From Draconibacterium orientale (GTDB lineage Bacteria > Bacteroidota > Bacteroidia > Bacteroidales > JAADGE01), in the NCBI GenBank assembly GCA_020721645.1, contig DYMH01000001.1, positions 17,537 to 81,536 on the forward strand: a stretch of 64,000 nucleotides of DNA. Reading direction: 5' to 3'. A program made the translations under genes and the position numbers. This document shows positions 20,030-30,403 of this stretch, piece by piece. Positions within the stretch are counted from its first letter, which is position 1, and every line of letters begins with the position of its first letter. Below the pieces are notes generated by a model that saw only the letters and a list, made by a program, of their open reading frames with translations, searched no databases and had not been told where the DNA came from.

Positions 20030-21028
20030 TTAAACTGATATTTCGGAATATTCACTAATATTCAACATTTTAACAGACCCTTTTATATTTGTAAAACTTC
20101 CTATCATCGAATTTTTTGTAAAAATATTTGAGATATGAGAATGATTTTGAATGATAGAATTTTCCATAATTGAATGTGAAATTTCGCATTTGTTTCCGAT
20201 AGATGCATAAGGTCCAATAATCGAATTAGAAATCTTACAATCGGTACCGATAAAGCAAGGCGGTATAATAGTACTGTTAATAATTTCCGAATTTTTGGAA
20301 ATACTATTTCCGGTATGAAAAAGTATTCGTTGGTTTGTATTTACGGTAGCATCTTTATTTCCACAATCGAGCCATTCTGTAACGGCTGCATGTTTAAATA
20401 TCAATTGTTTGTTTTTCATATTTTCTAAAACATCTGTCAATTGATATTCGCCGTTTACAAGATGTTTATTTTCAATGAGAATGCTGAGTTCATTGCGTAG
20501 ATTTTGTCCGTCTTTGAAATAATAAATGCCGATAATTGCTAAATCGGATATAAAATTTTTGGGTTTTTCGATAAAACGGGTTATTGTCCCGTTTGTATCG
20601 GTTTCTACTACACCGAATGATTCCGGATTCTTAACATGATTAACCCAAATTACGGCATCTGCATTTTTATCTAAATTGAACTGAGCTTTAAAAAGAGTAT
20701 CGGCAAAAGCAATAATAACAGGACCTTGTAGTGATTTTTCGGCACAAAAAACAGCATGTGCTGTTCCCAAGGCTTCGTCTTGATAATAAATACTTCCTTT
20801 TGCGCCTATATTTTCGGCAATTTGAACGAGTTCCTTTTCAGTTTGTTCTCCAAAACGACCGACTACGAATGCTATTTCATCAATTTTTGAATCTACAACT
20901 TTTGCAATTTCTTCGCACAAATGCTGTACAATCGGTTTTCCTGCAATCGGAATTAAAGGTTTAGGTATTGTTAAAGTATGGGGTCGCATCCGTTTGCCCA
21001 TTCCTGCCATTGGAATTATTATTTTCAT
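20030..21028 (-). CDS. Sugar-phosphate nucleotidyltransferase with C-terminal left-handed beta-helix
   Basis: 'MKIIIPMAGMGKRMRPHTLTIPKPLIPIAGKPIV' NTP-transferase signature with hexapeptide-like repeats at the C-terminus. Confidence 0.88.
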   Translation of the reverse strand: MKIIIPMAGMGKRMRPHTLTIPKPLIPIAGKPIVQHLCEEIAKVVDSKIDEIAFVVGRFGEQTEKELVQIAENIGAKGSIYYQDEALGTAHAVFCAEKSLQGPVIIAFADTLFKAQFNLDKNADAVIWVNHVKNPESFGVVETDTNGTITRFIEKPKNFISDLAIIGIYYFKDGQNLRNELSILIENKHLVNGEYQLTDVLENMKNKQLIFKHAAVTEWLDCGNKDATVNTNQRILFHTGNSISKNSEIINSTIIPPCFIGTDCKISNSIIGPYASIGNKCEISHSIMENSIIQNHSHISNIFTKNSMIGSFTNIKGSVKMLNISEYSEISV

Positions 21029-21055
21029 TTTAAATATTTGATTTATTTGATATTT

Positions 21056-22063
21056 TTAAAATATTTTTTTTTGTTTATCGAAAAATTGTTTATCTAAATG
21101 CTTATATGCCAATTCAGTAGCTTCTCTCCCACGAGGTGTTCTCTTAATAAAGCCTTGCATAATTAAAAAAGGTTCGTAAACTTCTTCAATAGTGCCTCCT
21201 TCCTCTCCTACCGCAGTTGCTATGGTGTTTACTCCAACCGGACCACCATTAAATTTGTCGATTATTGTTGTTAATATTTTATTATCCATTTCGTCTAAGC
21301 CCAATTTGTCGATATTGAGCGCATCTAGAGCATAAATTGCTATTGTCAAATCTATGTTTCCGCTTCCTTTAACTTGAGCAAAATCCCGTACACGTCGCAG
21401 CAAAGCATTTGCAATTCGTGGAGTTCCTCTGCTTCTGCGGGATATTTCGTAAGCAGCATCATCGGAAATCGGAACATTCAAAATTTTTGCAGATCTTTTG
21501 ATAATACCTGAAATTGTGGGAATATCGTAATATTCGAGCAAAAATTTTATTCCAAATCGAGCTCGTAACGGAGAAGTAAGAAGTCCTGCACGTGTTGTTG
21601 CCCCGATTAAAGTAAAACGATTTAAACTTAATTGGAGCGACCGTGCTGATGGTCCTTTATCAATCATTATATCAATTTTAAAATCCTCCATTGCCGAATA
21701 TAAATATTCTTCAACGATAGGACTTAAACGATGTATTTCATCGATAAAAAGAACGTCTTTGTCATCAAGTCCTGTAAGCAAACCTGCTAAATCGCCGGGT
21801 TTGTCGAGAACAGGTCCGGAAGTAATTTTTAGATTTACGCCCAATTCATTCGCAATTATGTTTGAAAGTGTGGTTTTTCCGAGTCCCGGCGGACCATGTA
21901 AAAGAACATGGTCCAAAGAATCATCACGCTGCTTTGCAGCCTGTACGAAGACTTTAAGGTTTTCGAGCACCTTTTCCTGTCCTTTAAAATGACTGAAATC
22001 GGCGGGTCTTAGGGCTTGTTCAAATTCTTTGTCGGTATTCACACTGTATTTTGATTTTTCCAA
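21056..22063 (-). CDS. ruvB: Holliday junction branch migration helicase RuvB
   Basis: Walker A '[11 protein letters not shown]', 'LFIDEIHRL' and '[18 protein letters not shown]'. Confidence 0.97.
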   Translation of the reverse strand: MEKSKYSVNTDKEFEQALRPADFSHFKGQEKVLENLKVFVQAAKQRDDSLDHVLLHGPPGLGKTTLSNIIANELGVNLKITSGPVLDKPGDLAGLLTGLDDKDVLFIDEIHRLSPIVEEYLYSAMEDFKIDIMIDKGPSARSLQLSLNRFTLIGATTRAGLLTSPLRARFGIKFLLEYYDIPTISGIIKRSAKILNVPISDDAAYEISRRSRGTPRIANALLRRVRDFAQVKGSGNIDLTIAIYALDALNIDKLGLDEMDNKILTTIIDKFNGGPVGVNTIATAVGEEGGTIEEVYEPFLIMQGFIKRTPRGREATELAYKHLDKQFFDKQKKIF

Positions 22064-22065
22064 TA

Positions 22066-23634
22066 TTAATTATCTTTAAAGGATTTAACTTTTTTTCCGT
22101 CTATTTTATATTTTTTCCCGTTCCGATACTCGGTAACTGTCGATAGGTTTCCTTGTTCATCGTATTGTTTTTGTAATTTAGTTCGTATTCCCATAACATA
22201 TTCAGATGTTTCTTTGATTTTTCCTGAGGTATAAAAGAATTTTTGTTTACCGTCAGGTTGTCCGTCTGTATAATTGCCTGTATATTCGGGCGTTCCGTCG
22301 GCATAGAAATATTTCCATTCGCCTGTTTCCTTGTCGTTGGCAAAATTTCCTATTTCAATATGATCGTTTACATGAATTTTCCATAAGCCGGATTTCTTTC
22401 CCAAAGCATAATTCCCTTGGCTTAAAGTATCTCCAAATTCATTAAATTCGGCGAAAAACCCATTTTCCAAACCATTTTCAAAAGCTCCTTCTCTTCGCTT
22501 GCTCCCGTTTTCGTAAAACCAAAACCAATTTCCTGTTGGTTTTCCATTTGCATAAGAGCCTTTTTGTTCAGTTTTACTGTTTTGAAAATAAAATAACCAA
22601 AGACCGTCTTTTCGTCCGTTTATATATTTTCCTTCTGATTGAACAACCTGATTTGAATAATAATTTTTCCAATTTCCTTGTTTTCTTCCAGCTTCGTCAA
22701 TAAGTCCTTCCGAATCTTTATTTCCGGAATCATCAAAGTTTTCGGCTTTTTCAATTTCACCTGTTTCACTGTAGTAAATTTGCATGCCGACGGGTTTGTC
22801 TTCGATAAACGCACCTCGGCTTTTTATTTGTCCATTTGCATATTTTGCAATTTTTATTTCCTTTTTATTTTCATCTTTGATATCTGTAACTTCTATCGGA
22901 TTTCCGTTAATATATCTTTTATTTACAATAACTTGCCCTTGCTCATCGTATTCCCGATAATATCCGTTGAGCAGATTATCAACATAATTGGCATAAATTT
23001 TAATTTTTCCGTTTGAATAAAAGTCTTTCCAAATACCTTGTTTTTTTCCAAAATTGTCAAGGCAGTTTAATTTTTCTGAATCTGTAAGATTTCCCTGATT
23101 GTACTTTAAAATCAAAATTATTCTTCCATCGTTACCAAAAAAGATTTCTTCCCCGTGTTTTCGGTTATTTTGATATAAAGTTGAATGAGATAATTTTCCG
23201 TCTTTTTCGTAATAAAAAGATTTTCCATTTTTGGCATCTTCTAAATACAATTCTTTCGATATTAGCACATTACTTGTTTTTATAGAATCTTTTACCTGCT
23301 GATAAATGAAATAAAAACCATTTTTCATTCCGTTGATATACGAAATTTTTTTTGATATTAATCCTGTTTCATCGTAGAAAGACCAAATACTGTCGAGCTT
23401 CTCCCCTACCCTTTTTCCTTCACTTTTCATTTTTCCGTTCGGATAATACGATTTCCAAACACCTTCGGGTTGTCCGTTTTTCATCATGCCTTCACTTGAA
23501 ACTGATTTATCGGGATACCTAAAAATATTGTAACCGTTTGGGGAAATTTCGTTTTTTTGAGCTTGACTTATTACAGAAATAAGAAAAAACAGCTCAAAAA
23601 AAACAAAAGTTAAGATATATTCGAATTTAATCAT
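22066..23634 (-). CDS. MORN-repeat-variant (YwqK-like) repeat protein with signal peptide
   Basis: More than 15 tandem units of the type 'G..(E/D)G.WK.YY.NGK.K.EG.Y.NG', the MORN variant repeat. Confidence 0.85.
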   Translation of the reverse strand: MIKFEYILTFVFFELFFLISVISQAQKNEISPNGYNIFRYPDKSVSSEGMMKNGQPEGVWKSYYPNGKMKSEGKRVGEKLDSIWSFYDETGLISKKISYINGMKNGFYFIYQQVKDSIKTSNVLISKELYLEDAKNGKSFYYEKDGKLSHSTLYQNNRKHGEEIFFGNDGRIILILKYNQGNLTDSEKLNCLDNFGKKQGIWKDFYSNGKIKIYANYVDNLLNGYYREYDEQGQVIVNKRYINGNPIEVTDIKDENKKEIKIAKYANGQIKSRGAFIEDKPVGMQIYYSETGEIEKAENFDDSGNKDSEGLIDEAGRKQGNWKNYYSNQVVQSEGKYINGRKDGLWLFYFQNSKTEQKGSYANGKPTGNWFWFYENGSKRREGAFENGLENGFFAEFNEFGDTLSQGNYALGKKSGLWKIHVNDHIEIGNFANDKETGEWKYFYADGTPEYTGNYTDGQPDGKQKFFYTSGKIKETSEYVMGIRTKLQKQYDEQGNLSTVTEYRNGKKYKIDGKKVKSFKDN

Positions 23635-24565
23635 TTTTTGTGAATTTCGATATTTCTAACATTCTTTGAATTGGCATTAGTGCTTTTTTTGCTATTTCTG
23701 TTTCAACAAATATTTGGTTAGACTCATGCAGTAAGCAGTTGTAGATTTTTTTCAAAGAATTTAATTTCATGTATTTGCAATCATTACAATCGCAAGAATC
23801 ATTTTCGCCCGGAGCCGGAATAAAAAGTTTCAAAGGAGATTCTTTTTTCATTTGATGCAAGATTCCGGATTCTGTAGCAACAATGAAAATTTGAGAATCG
23901 TCTTTAACAGAAAATTCTAAAAGTGCCGAAGTTGACCCAATAAAATCTGAAATAGTGAGAATTGGTTTGGAACATTCAGGGTGTGCAAGTATTTTTGCAG
24001 TAAGATTTTCGTTTTTCAGTTTTAAGATTTTTTCGAGTGAAAATTCTTGATGAACATGGCAGGCACCGTTCCATAATTTCATCGACCTTCCGGTAATTTT
24101 GTTAATATAGTCCCCAAGGTTTCTATCGGGACCGAAAATAATTTTTTGATTTTCAGGAAAACTTTCAACAATATCTTTTGCATTGGAAGATGTACAAATA
24201 ACATCAGAAAGAGCTTTCACGCGAGCCGTTGTATTAACATACGAAATCACAACATGTTCCGGATTTTCTTTTACAAAATTCTCGAAATCGCCATCCTGGC
24301 ACGAATCGGCAAGAGAACAACCTGCGTCCAAATCGGGCAAAAGAACCTTTTTGTTGGGGCATAAAATTTTCGCAGTTTCTGCCATAAAATGAACGCCTGC
24401 AAACACAATAATATCAGCATTTGTTTCTGCAGCTGCCTGCGAAAGTGCCAAGCTATCTCCCAAAAAATCTGCAATATCCTGTACTTCTGCGTCAACATAA
24501 TAATGAGCTAAAAGAATGGCATTTTTATTGCGTAATAATTCTCGAATTTCTTTTTTGATTTCCAT
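23627..24565 (-). CDS. nadA: Quinolinate synthase
   Basis: 'ILLAHYY...VQDIADFLGDSL', 'FAGVHFMAETAKIL' and 'CSLADSC'. The stop overlaps the next gene's start by 8 nt. Confidence 0.95.
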   Translation of the reverse strand: MEIKKEIRELLRNKNAILLAHYYVDAEVQDIADFLGDSLALSQAAAETNADIIVFAGVHFMAETAKILCPNKKVLLPDLDAGCSLADSCQDGDFENFVKENPEHVVISYVNTTARVKALSDVICTSSNAKDIVESFPENQKIIFGPDRNLGDYINKITGRSMKLWNGACHVHQEFSLEKILKLKNENLTAKILAHPECSKPILTISDFIGSTSALLEFSVKDDSQIFIVATESGILHQMKKESPLKLFIPAPGENDSCDCNDCKYMKLNSLKKIYNCLLHESNQIFVETEIAKKALMPIQRMLEISKFTKND

Positions 24566-25025
24566 ACATTAACATTTTCAACATTTCATTCTTATTATTA
24601 TTATATTTTATTTATAATTTAAAAAATATAATGATGATAATAGGCTGTTCATTCTGTTACAAAATTAAATAGAATTTATTTGATTTAATCGAAATAAACA
24701 TTTGTTCAATACTGTATCAACAATAATAAATTCTTAAAATACAGATATTGAATTTATTAGCTTAGTTGTAAACAAAATTAATAATTAAGAAATTAAATAG
24801 TGTTGATATTATTTTTCATCGAATTTTGATGTTTACTACATGTTGAAATTTATTTGTGAAAATTTAAAACTTTTTTTTGAATATCATAATATTTTTTCAA
24901 ACAAAGAAAAATAAACACTATCCAAATTTTTTTCTAAGTTTTTTTACACGTTTATGAACATTTATAAACAGAGACTTGTTAATATTGCAAGTTAAAAGTA
25001 TTAATTACAAAATAACGTAAAAATT

Positions 25026-25475
25026 ATGAGAATTATCGCATTAGCAGCCGACCATGCAGGTTTTCAATTGAAAGAAATTATAATAAAAATGTTGAAAACA
25101 CAAGAATATAAAATTCTTGATTTTGGAACCAATACTCCCGAAAGTGTCGATTATCCTGATTTTGCACACCCAATGGCAGAGGCTGTTGAAACAAAAAAAG
25201 CCGATGTCGGTATTTCGATTTGCGGAAGCGGAAACGGAATCAATATGACTGTAAACAAGCACCAAGGCATACGTTCAGCTTTGTGTTGGAATGCCGAAAT
25301 TGCCGAATTGGCTCGTTTGCACAATGATGCAAATGTTTGTGCATTACCTGCACGTTTTATCAGTTCTGAAAAAGCTGTAGAAATCGTTAATATCTTCTTA
25401 AAAACCGGTTTTGAAGGTGGAAGACATCAAAAAAGAATCGATAAAATTTCCTCAGAAAAAAATATAAAAAGGTAA
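25026..25475 (+). CDS. rpiB: Ribose-5-phosphate isomerase B
   Basis: 'IALAADHAGFQLKE', 'ICGSGNGINMTVNKHQGIRSALCW' and 'HNDANVCALPARF'. Confidence 0.95.
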   Translation: MRIIALAADHAGFQLKEIIIKMLKTQEYKILDFGTNTPESVDYPDFAHPMAEAVETKKADVGISICGSGNGINMTVNKHQGIRSALCWNAEIAELARLHNDANVCALPARFISSEKAVEIVNIFLKTGFEGGRHQKRIDKISSEKNIKR

Positions 25476-25491
25476 AAATGTTTTATTTTAT

Positions 25492-25499
25492 TAAATTTG
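25492..25499 (+). promoter_or_regulatory. Candidate -7 box (TAAATTTG) for the Rrf2 gene
   Basis: TAnnTTTG match 45 nt upstream of the ATG at 25545. Confidence 0.45.
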
Positions 25500-25544
25500 C
25501 AAAACGATAATCACTTTTTTTAACAACGATATAACACCCCGATT

Positions 25545-25988
25545 ATGCTTTCCAATACTTGTAAATATGCTGTTAGAGCCGTAATTTATTTAGCTGTTTG
25601 GCAAAATGGAGATACAAAAATAGGAATCAAACGCATTGCCAAAGAACTCAATTTACCGACACCTTTTTTAGGAAAAATTTTGCAATTGTTAACAAAGCAC
25701 AAATTGCTAAATTCTACCAAGGGACCCAACGGGGGATTTAGTTTGGCAAAACCTGCAAACGAGATTAGTTTGTACGATATCGTTACAATTATTGACGGAA
25801 ACGGTCTTTTTGAAGAATGCATGATTGGTTTAAAAATCTGTGAAATAGATAAGTCGAAAGAAATCATGTGTCCTTTTTACCAAAAATCGCACCCGATTCG
25901 ATCAAAAATATTATCAGTTTTCAAAGAACAGTCTGTTGGAGAATTTGCTTCCGGCATCAAGAAGTTTGGCGATATTTTAAATTTCTAA
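25545..25988 (+). CDS. Rrf2 family transcriptional regulator
   Basis: 'CKYAVRAVIYLA' plus a winged HTH, and a Cys triad in 'ECMIGLKICEIDKSKEIMCPF' that could hold an Fe-S cluster. Confidence 0.88.
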   Translation: MLSNTCKYAVRAVIYLAVWQNGDTKIGIKRIAKELNLPTPFLGKILQLLTKHKLLNSTKGPNGGFSLAKPANEISLYDIVTIIDGNGLFEECMIGLKICEIDKSKEIMCPFYQKSHPIRSKILSVFKEQSVGEFASGIKKFGDILNF

Positions 25989-26346
25989 ATGCAAAAATAA
26001 CAAATCCGAAGCTTGCTCCTGCCGTATTACTCAGAAAATCAAAAAAATCGCACGAACGAAACGGAATAAGTGTTCCCTGAACAATTTCTAATATTCCGCC
26101 AAGTGTAATAATGATTGGAAGTGCTATAAATTTTATGTTTTTTACCTTTATTTCAGAAATATTCAACAATTCAATTGAAAAGTAATATGCTAAAACCAAG
26201 TACATTAAAAAATGACCCAATTTATCTTTATTAGGGAAATCGTACCAATTAACTGAGTTAAATGAGCTCCCGGGTACAGTGCTCAAAATAATAACAATAA
26301 ATGTTAAAATAATAGTTTTATTAAAATTCTTTATTTTCATACTCAT
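25957..26346 (-). CDS. VanZ family membrane protein
   Basis: Four TM helices, 'DKLGHFLMYLVLAYYF' and the C-terminal 'DFFDFLSNTAGASFG'. The 3' end overlaps the Rrf2 gene by 32 nt. Confidence 0.72.
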   Translation of the reverse strand: MSMKIKNFNKTIILTFIVIILSTVPGSSFNSVNWYDFPNKDKLGHFLMYLVLAYYFSIELLNISEIKVKNIKFIALPIIITLGGILEIVQGTLIPFRSCDFFDFLSNTAGASFGFVIFAFRNLKYRQTS

Positions 26347-26351
26347 AAATT

Positions 26352-27482
26352 ATGGCGGGAATATACATACATATTCCGTTTTGCAAAAAAAAATGTTACT
26401 ACTGCGACTTTTTTACACAAATTGGATTAAAATATAAAGAAGATTTTCTAAGAGCTATTTTATTAGAATTAGAACAAAGAAAAAATTATTTGGAAAGCGA
26501 AAGCGTAGAATCTATCTATTTTGGAGGTGGAACCCCTTCCCTACTCTCTTCCGATGAAATAAAAACAATTTTAGAAATAATATACAAAAATTTTAATATT
26601 TCAGAATACCCCGAAATAACTCTTGAAGTTAATCCTGACGATATTACAGTTCAATATCTTACAAATTTAAAATACACAGGAATTAATCGAATAAGTATCG
26701 GGATTCAGTCTTTTTTCGATGATGATTTAGTGGTGATGAATCGAAGGCATACAGCAGAACAAGCTCACCGCTCTGTTGAGCAGATTTTAGCAAATGGATT
26801 TACAAATTTAAGCGGTGATCTAATTTATGGTTTACCAAATTCTGATCCCTGCAAATGGAGCAAAAATCTCGAAACTTTTTTTGACTTGAAAATCCCCCAC
26901 TTATCTGCATATCATCTTAGTTATGAACAAAATACAGTATTTTCAAAATTGTTGAAAACCGGTAAATTATCATTAATCGACGAGGAGAATAGTCTCAACC
27001 AATTTTCAATACTCTGCGATGAAAGCCGCAAGAGAGGATATGAACACTATGAAATCTCTAATTTTGCTTTGCCGGGCTTCATTTCCCTGCATAACTCAGC
27101 ATATTGGATGCAGAAAAGTTATCTGGGAATCGGTCCTTCGGCACATTCTTACAATTGTGTATCGAGATCTTGGAATATATCGGATTTTAAAAAATATTTA
27201 GAAGGAATTTTTATAAATCAAAGAAATTATCAACACGAAATTTTATCGGAAAGTGACCGATATAACGAATACATTATTACATCGTTACGAACTCATTGGG
27301 GGGTCAATTTTCAAACGATTGAAGAGAATTTTGGAAAAATGTATTCTGAATTATGTTTAAACAAGAGTAAAAAATATATTCAAAATGGAAATTTGATGCT
27401 GAATAACAATATATTAAACCTTACACAAGAAGGAAAATTTATCTCTGATAAAATCATCGAAGATTTATTTTATATGAAGTAA
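26352..27482 (+). CDS. hemW: Radical SAM heme chaperone HemW (HemN-like)
   Basis: 'IYIHIPFCKKKCYYCDF' CxxxCxxC motif, 'YFGGGTPS' and a HemN C-terminal domain. Confidence 0.92.
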   Translation: MAGIYIHIPFCKKKCYYCDFFTQIGLKYKEDFLRAILLELEQRKNYLESESVESIYFGGGTPSLLSSDEIKTILEIIYKNFNISEYPEITLEVNPDDITVQYLTNLKYTGINRISIGIQSFFDDDLVVMNRRHTAEQAHRSVEQILANGFTNLSGDLIYGLPNSDPCKWSKNLETFFDLKIPHLSAYHLSYEQNTVFSKLLKTGKLSLIDEENSLNQFSILCDESRKRGYEHYEISNFALPGFISLHNSAYWMQKSYLGIGPSAHSYNCVSRSWNISDFKKYLEGIFINQRNYQHEILSESDRYNEYIITSLRTHWGVNFQTIEENFGKMYSELCLNKSKKYIQNGNLMLNNNILNLTQEGKFISDKIIEDLFYMK

Positions 27483-28202
27483 CTAATACACTTCGACATT
27501 ATTTTGAATATATAATTGCTTGGTATCTAAATTTAGAGCACTCAGTTTTCCTAATTTTTTGTAATCGTAATATTTGTGTTCTTTATAATAATTAACTCCA
27601 CAGTCGATGCCAATAACTTTTTTCCCTTTTTCAATATTTTTTAGTACTTTTTTCACACTGCGAGGCTGGTGCCCGTGAATAATGATTTTATCACCGATAA
27701 ACTGCGGATGGGTTTCAAAACGACGCAACCACACCATCGATTCTTTGTCTTCAAACGGATTGGGAGCCTTAAAATTAAATGCAGCATGGACTAAAAAGAA
27801 ATTATCGAGTTCAAAATAATAGCGTAATTCGGAGAAAAACTCGAAATATTTTTTTTTAATTTTTCCTTCTTTTAACATATCCTTCGCCTGACGAAATGCC
27901 CAAGGTAGTATATCGGGTTGGTTTTTAGCAATTTGTAATTTCTCCTCTTCGTGATTACCACGAAGTGGATAGATTTTGTATCCTTTTTTAATCAATTTTA
28001 TAATATAATTTACCGTTTTCTTACTTTCAGGTCCCTTATCGATATAATCTCCCAAAAGAAATAATTGGTCGTTCTTCGTTAAAACAAGCTGTACTTCAAT
28101 TAACGTGCGTAAAGTAAGGTAGCAACCATGAATATCGCCTATAACAAAACGCCGTCCGATTTCAGGACGTTCGATGTATATTTTTTTGAAATATTTATAC
28201 AT
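27483..28202 (-). CDS. Metallophosphoesterase (PPP-family Ser/Thr phosphatase-like)
   Basis: 'VIGDIHGC', 'LGDYIDKGP', 'RGNHEE' and 'IHGH'. Confidence 0.88.
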   Translation of the reverse strand: MYKYFKKIYIERPEIGRRFVIGDIHGCYLTLRTLIEVQLVLTKNDQLFLLGDYIDKGPESKKTVNYIIKLIKKGYKIYPLRGNHEEEKLQIAKNQPDILPWAFRQAKDMLKEGKIKKKYFEFFSELRYYFELDNFFLVHAAFNFKAPNPFEDKESMVWLRRFETHPQFIGDKIIIHGHQPRSVKKVLKNIEKGKKVIGIDCGVNYYKEHKYYDYKKLGKLSALNLDTKQLYIQNNVEVY

Positions 28203-28403
28203 ATTTCCTAAAATTAATGCAATATTCTTATTTATAAGTACTTCTATAATTAGAAAAGATAAAAAACACTTTATTTTTTACAAATTTAAAAAAGCATATC
28301 AATATTTATAATGAAATTTAAAATCTTTTTTAAAATTTAACAATAAAATATGTTGTCAGTGTTTATCCAAAGAAAGAAAAATAGTTTTTTTTTCAAAAAT
28401 AAG

Positions 28404-28411
28404 TACTTTTG
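28404..28411 (+). promoter_or_regulatory. Candidate -7 box (TACTTTTG) for the GNAT-flippase-PhoD genes
   Basis: TAnnTTTG match 37 nt upstream of the ATG at 28449. Confidence 0.45.
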
Positions 28412-28448
28412 TCTAAACAAAATCTAATTTTAAATTAAATCCGGAACC

Positions 28449-28880
28449 ATGACACTGAGAATTGAAAGTTTTTCTGCCGAAAATGAAGATTTGATTCACG
28501 ATGCGTATAAAATTCGACACACTGTTTTTGTTGATGAACAGCATGTTGATAAGAATTTGGAATACGATGGTTTAGATTCCGAAGCAGTGCATTATGTGGT
28601 TTATTTCGACGAAAAGCCGGTTTCAACAGCTCGTTGGCGCGAAACAAAAGAGGGAATTAAATTAGAAAGGTTTGCTGTTCTTACAGAATACAGAAATAAG
28701 TATATAGGAGCTTTTTTATTGGTTCAAATATTAGAGGAATTAAAAAAATCGAAGAAAAGGATTTACCTTCATTCGCAGGAGACTGCTGTAAATTTCTACA
28801 AAAGAAACGGTTTCGAGATTGTCGGAGATTCATTTATCGAAGCAAATATTGTCCATTTTAATATGATTTACACCAAGTAA
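28449..28880 (+). CDS. GNAT family N-acetyltransferase
   Basis: 143 aa. 'RFAVLTEYRNKYIGAFLL' and 'NFYKRNGFE' are typical motif A/B regions. Confidence 0.85.
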   Translation: MTLRIESFSAENEDLIHDAYKIRHTVFVDEQHVDKNLEYDGLDSEAVHYVVYFDEKPVSTARWRETKEGIKLERFAVLTEYRNKYIGAFLLVQILEELKKSKKRIYLHSQETAVNFYKRNGFEIVGDSFIEANIVHFNMIYTK

Positions 28881-28881
28881 A

Positions 28882-30402
28882 ATGGCAAATCCGATTAAAA
28901 AATTAATGGGACAAACGGCAATGTACGGACTGCCGAGTATTATAGTACGATTTTTAAATTATTTGCTCACTCCGTTCATTACTCGTGCATTTTTGCCCGA
29001 AGAATATGGCGTTGTCGCCGAAATGTATGCCTATGTTGGATTATTAACTGTTATTTTGACCTACGGCATGGAAACCGGCTTTTTTCGTTTTGCAGCGAAA
29101 CACGAAAATCCGAAAATTGTTTTCACAACAAGTATTGTACCTTTATTTATTAGTTCAACTTTCTTTGTTTTAATCTTTTATTTATTTTCACAACAACTTG
29201 CTGATTTTTTACATTATCCAGATAAATCGGAATATATCGTTTGGTTTTCTCTTATTTTGGCTGCCGATGCCATTGTTTCAATCCCTTTTGCAAAATTGCG
29301 TATCGAAGGGAAAGCCAAGAAATTTGCGTTCTTCAAGTTTGTCAATATTTTAGTTAATATTTTTGTAACGATATTTTTTGTGGTGATATGTAAAAACAAC
29401 GAAAACACGGAATTAAATCTATTTCACATCAATTCATTCAGTTTTCTCTATCAACCGCAAATAGGAGTGGGGTATATTTTTATCGCCAATTTAGCGGCAT
29501 CGCTCGTTACTTTATTGATGTTTATTCCTGATTTTTTCAAAATCAAGTTCATTCTCGATAAAAAGCTGTTAAAACAAATATTATTTTATTCTTTCCCTTT
29601 ACTTTTTGCCGGTTTAGCAGGTATGATAAACGAAGTTGCCGATCGTATTCTGTTGAAATATTTTACAGTCGTTCCGTTGGGTGTCGAAAATCCTGAAATT
29701 TTTATCCGTTCACAAATAGGTATTTATAACGCCAATTACAAGTTGGCAATTTTGATGACACTTTTTATTCAAGCCTTTCGATATGCCGCCGAACCGTTTT
29801 TCTTTTCACAAAAAAATGATGTAGGGGGCAATAAAGTGTATGCCGATGTGATGAAATATTTTGTTATTTTCGGATTGGTGATTTTTCTCGGAGTAATGCT
29901 CTATATCGACATTGCTAAGTATTTTATAGCCGATAATTATCGAGAAGGATTGATTATTGTTCCAATATTACTGATTGCAAATTTGTTTCTTGGAATTATT
30001 TACAATTTGTCGATTTGGTACAAATTAACAGATAAAACACGATATGGAGCATATCTGGCTGTATTCGGAGCAATTGTAACAATTGTTTTAAACATTATTT
30101 TAATTCCGATATTCGGGTATCTCGGAGCAGCCTGGGCTACTTTCGCCTGTTATTTTTTAATGATGATTGCTTCCTTTCTGCTTGGGCAAAAATATTTTCA
30201 TATCAATTACGAAACAAAGCGTATTTTGTTATATTTTTCGGCTGCCTTAGCTGTTTATTTTGCAAGTATTTTTATTGCTTTTGAATCAGAAATCATTACA
30301 TTGTCGGTAAACTCATTATTATTTATCGCCTATATATCATGGGTTTCATATCGAGAAAATATACATCTGATAATTAAAAGAATTATTTTTAAGAAAAACT
30401 AA
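28882..30402 (+). CDS. MOP-superfamily oligosaccharide/polysaccharide flippase (Wzx-like)
   Basis: 506 aa with about 14 TM helices. The N-terminal 'YGLPSIIVRFLNYLLTPFITR' is typical of polysaccharide biosynthesis proteins. Confidence 0.82.
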   Translation: MANPIKKLMGQTAMYGLPSIIVRFLNYLLTPFITRAFLPEEYGVVAEMYAYVGLLTVILTYGMETGFFRFAAKHENPKIVFTTSIVPLFISSTFFVLIFYLFSQQLADFLHYPDKSEYIVWFSLILAADAIVSIPFAKLRIEGKAKKFAFFKFVNILVNIFVTIFFVVICKNNENTELNLFHINSFSFLYQPQIGVGYIFIANLAASLVTLLMFIPDFFKIKFILDKKLLKQILFYSFPLLFAGLAGMINEVADRILLKYFTVVPLGVENPEIFIRSQIGIYNANYKLAILMTLFIQAFRYAAEPFFFSQKNDVGGNKVYADVMKYFVIFGLVIFLGVMLYIDIAKYFIADNYREGLIIVPILLIANLFLGIIYNLSIWYKLTDKTRYGAYLAVFGAIVTIVLNIILIPIFGYLGAAWATFACYFLMMIASFLLGQKYFHINYETKRILLYFSAALAVYFASIFIAFESEIITLSVNSLLFIAYISWVSYRENIHLIIKRIIFKKN

Positions 30403-30403
30403 T

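Noticed and set aside
24566-25025. Possible replication origin at the strand-switch AT-rich spacer
   Set aside because: I found only a weak DnaA-box-like word (CTATCCAAA, two mismatches from TTATCCACA), no cluster of boxes, and no dnaA/dnaN nearby. A gene-orientation switch alone is insufficient.
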